Below, in pieces: positions 62,863 to 64,000 of a stretch of 64,000 bases of DNA. The notes beneath the pieces are model-generated. The model was given only the letters and a program-made list of their open reading frames with translations. It was not told where the DNA came from and did not search any database. Both the position numbers and the translations under genes were made by a program. The stretch lies in contig JAEWSQ010000018.1 of NCBI GenBank assembly GCA_023398165.1, positions 4,581 to 68,580 of the forward strand. Direction: 5' to 3'. Position 1 is the first letter of the stretch. Every line of letters starts with the position of its first letter. The stretch comes from Spirochaetota bacterium (lineage in GTDB: Bacteria; Spirochaetota; Spirochaetia; Treponematales; Treponemataceae).

Positions 62863-62892
62863 TAGACTTTTTTGCGTATTTTGATATATAAT
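62863..62892 (+). promoter_or_regulatory. Sigma70-like promoter ending 6 nt before the ATG at 62899 (leaderless candidate)
   Basis: TAGACT (62863-62868), 18 nt spacer, TATAAT (62887-62892), then AGTAAA, then ATG. No SD. Confidence 0.45.
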
Positions 62893-62898
62893 AGTAAA

Positions 62899-64000
62899 AT
62901 GAAGTTGAAATATGCCGTCAATATTTTTATAGCATTTTTTCTAACCGCAGCCCTGGTTTTAGGAACAGTTGTTTTTTTCATGGAAAAATCAGGAAGATTA
63001 TATGAAAGAACAGCCAGCATCGCACTTCCCAATGAAGGCGGATACGTAGAAGCCTGGACTCCTTACCTTTCACAGATTGCACGGACAGTTGGAGTACCCG
63101 AATTAAGCATAAAAACGTACACGACCTATGCAGAATTAGAAGATTTGTTTAGAAAGGCTGATAAAATAAATTTATTGTGGGCGGAAGTACCGCTGAGCAG
63201 CCGGTTTCCTATGAAGTCTCTCTTTGATGAAGATTTTTTCAGCAGAATACTCCTAGAAGAGGACATCTCTCAATACTACCCGCAATCTATAGTGCATATC
63301 CTAAATACCACCTTAACCGGTTCAGTAGACAATACAATCGCAATTCCAATAAGCTATAATCCCATAATACGTTTGTATAGAACCAACACCGATAAATCTG
63401 CTTACACCTATGATACTGCAGTCCCAGGAAGCACAGAAAACTTATTACTCGATTCTTTTACTTTTATCAGATCAATTTTATCAAGCGAGAACAATATTTT
63501 ATCTGTTAACGATGCATTAAGCAGAATTAATGAGATGTCTAATAATAAACAGATACAACAAAATGCTCATACCTATACGGCAAAGGATGCTCAGAATCTT
63601 TTTATAGATGGTAATGCCTCTAAGCTTCTTATTCCAATATCGGATCTTAATAAAATATCTGCAGAACAACTAATGCAATCAAGTGTTCATTCAATGGGTA
63701 AAGTGCTTACTGCTGATATTACCTATGCACTATTTCCAAATCGCGCAACAGAAAAAGCAAGAACTGCAGTAAAACTTGCACAAGGCTATTTATTGATTCC
63801 TGAAATCCTATTTACCACAGCAAACAGCCGTAATTGGCTTCCTGCATACATTGGAACAGTTGCAAAAAATGTATACACCGACTTTACGCGAAAACAAGCC
63901 AGACAGGCAAAAATTTGTCTTGTTCCGCAGCTACAATATGCTGACACAGAAGAATACAAGGAACTGATTTCAAAAATAAAAGAAGCCTTCACTTCATCAT
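62899..64000 (+). CDS. Membrane-anchored protein of unknown function (5' 367 codons; continues past the right window edge)
   Basis: The frame is open from the ATG at 62899 to the window end. It is not in the ORF track because it has no stop. The N-terminus MKLKYAVNIFIAFFLTAALVLGTVVFFM is a signal-anchor. I recognise no family motif. Confidence 0.7.
   Translation, partial: MKLKYAVNIFIAFFLTAALVLGTVVFFMEKSGRLYERTASIALPNEGGYVEAWTPYLSQIARTVGVPELSIKTYTTYAELEDLFRKADKINLLWAEVPLSSRFPMKSLFDEDFFSRILLEEDISQYYPQSIVHILNTTLTGSVDNTIAIPISYNPIIRLYRTNTDKSAYTYDTAVPGSTENLLLDSFTFIRSILSSENNILSVNDALSRINEMSNNKQIQQNAHTYTAKDAQNLFIDGNASKLLIPISDLNKISAEQLMQSSVHSMGKVLTADITYALFPNRATEKARTAVKLAQGYLLIPEILFTTANSRNWLPAYIGTVAKNVYTDFTRKQARQAKICLVPQLQYADTEEYKELISKIKEAFTSS

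Noticed and set aside
1-64000. A search for CRISPR arrays, transposases, integrases, phage genes, toxin-antitoxin pairs or restriction-modification/defence genes.
   Set aside because: None was found. The only tandem repeat is the 36-bp hexamer array, which is far too short and lacks spacers. No ORF shows DDE, tyrosine-recombinase, HNH or PIN motifs that I can recognise.

Overview
This is a 64-kb chromosomal segment that looks like a Treponema-type spirochaete. That assignment is an inference from protein sequences and gene order; I could not run a search. No rRNA, CRISPR array, transposase, integrase or phage gene was found.

Layout:
- 1-10.8 kb, minus strand: the conserved cluster tRNA-Thr, rpmG, tRNA-Trp, secE, nusG, rplK, rplA, rplJ, rplL, rpoB, rpoC. 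rpoC runs off the left edge.
- 10.9-19.3 kb: cysE, a TonB-dependent-receptor-like outer-membrane protein, a small lipoprotein locus, a CPBP protease, a NusG-domain-II protein, radA and an MgtC-family gene.
- 19.3-26.6 kb, minus strand: TPR lipoprotein, TraB-family protein, and a TolC / periplasmic adaptor / MacB-type ABC efflux set.
- 26.7-36.2 kb: an unknown membrane protein, a GatB-like/asparaginase fusion protein, a glycosidase, ppx and ppk.
- 36.3-49.0 kb, minus strand: a tightly packed nine-gene carbohydrate-uptake operon.
- 49.3-52.4 kb: a CBM-like lipoprotein, an SGNH esterase and a LacI regulator.
- 52.5-64 kb: a HisA-like/HisI/HisE fusion plus hisD, an acyltransferase, a MATE pump, a HAD hydrolase, tRNA-Ala with a repeat-rich 0.4-kb spacer, an OmpA-family protein, an HD-GYP protein translationally coupled to a putative barrel protein, and a partial unknown ORF.

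Points most worth a second look:
1. The nine-gene operon has two sugar ABC importers but no ATPase gene. It also carries an NHL/TPR/Yip1 membrane protein and a 743-aa protein of unknown function.
2. Two genes are each split by a single in-frame stop codon: TAG at 42520-42522 and TGA at 15322-15324.
3. A single-chain GatB-like plus asparaginase protein resembles a fused archaeal GatE-GatD.
4. The spacer after tRNA-Ala holds nested copies of tRNA 3' halves and a 16-bp palindrome.
5. An (ATGGAA)6 microsatellite sits in a divergent promoter region.
6. Promoter-like -35/-10 pairs recur 5-10 nt upstream of start codons that have no Shine-Dalgarno sequence, which suggests leaderless mRNAs.

All family assignments come from motif recognition by eye and need HMM/BLAST confirmation.
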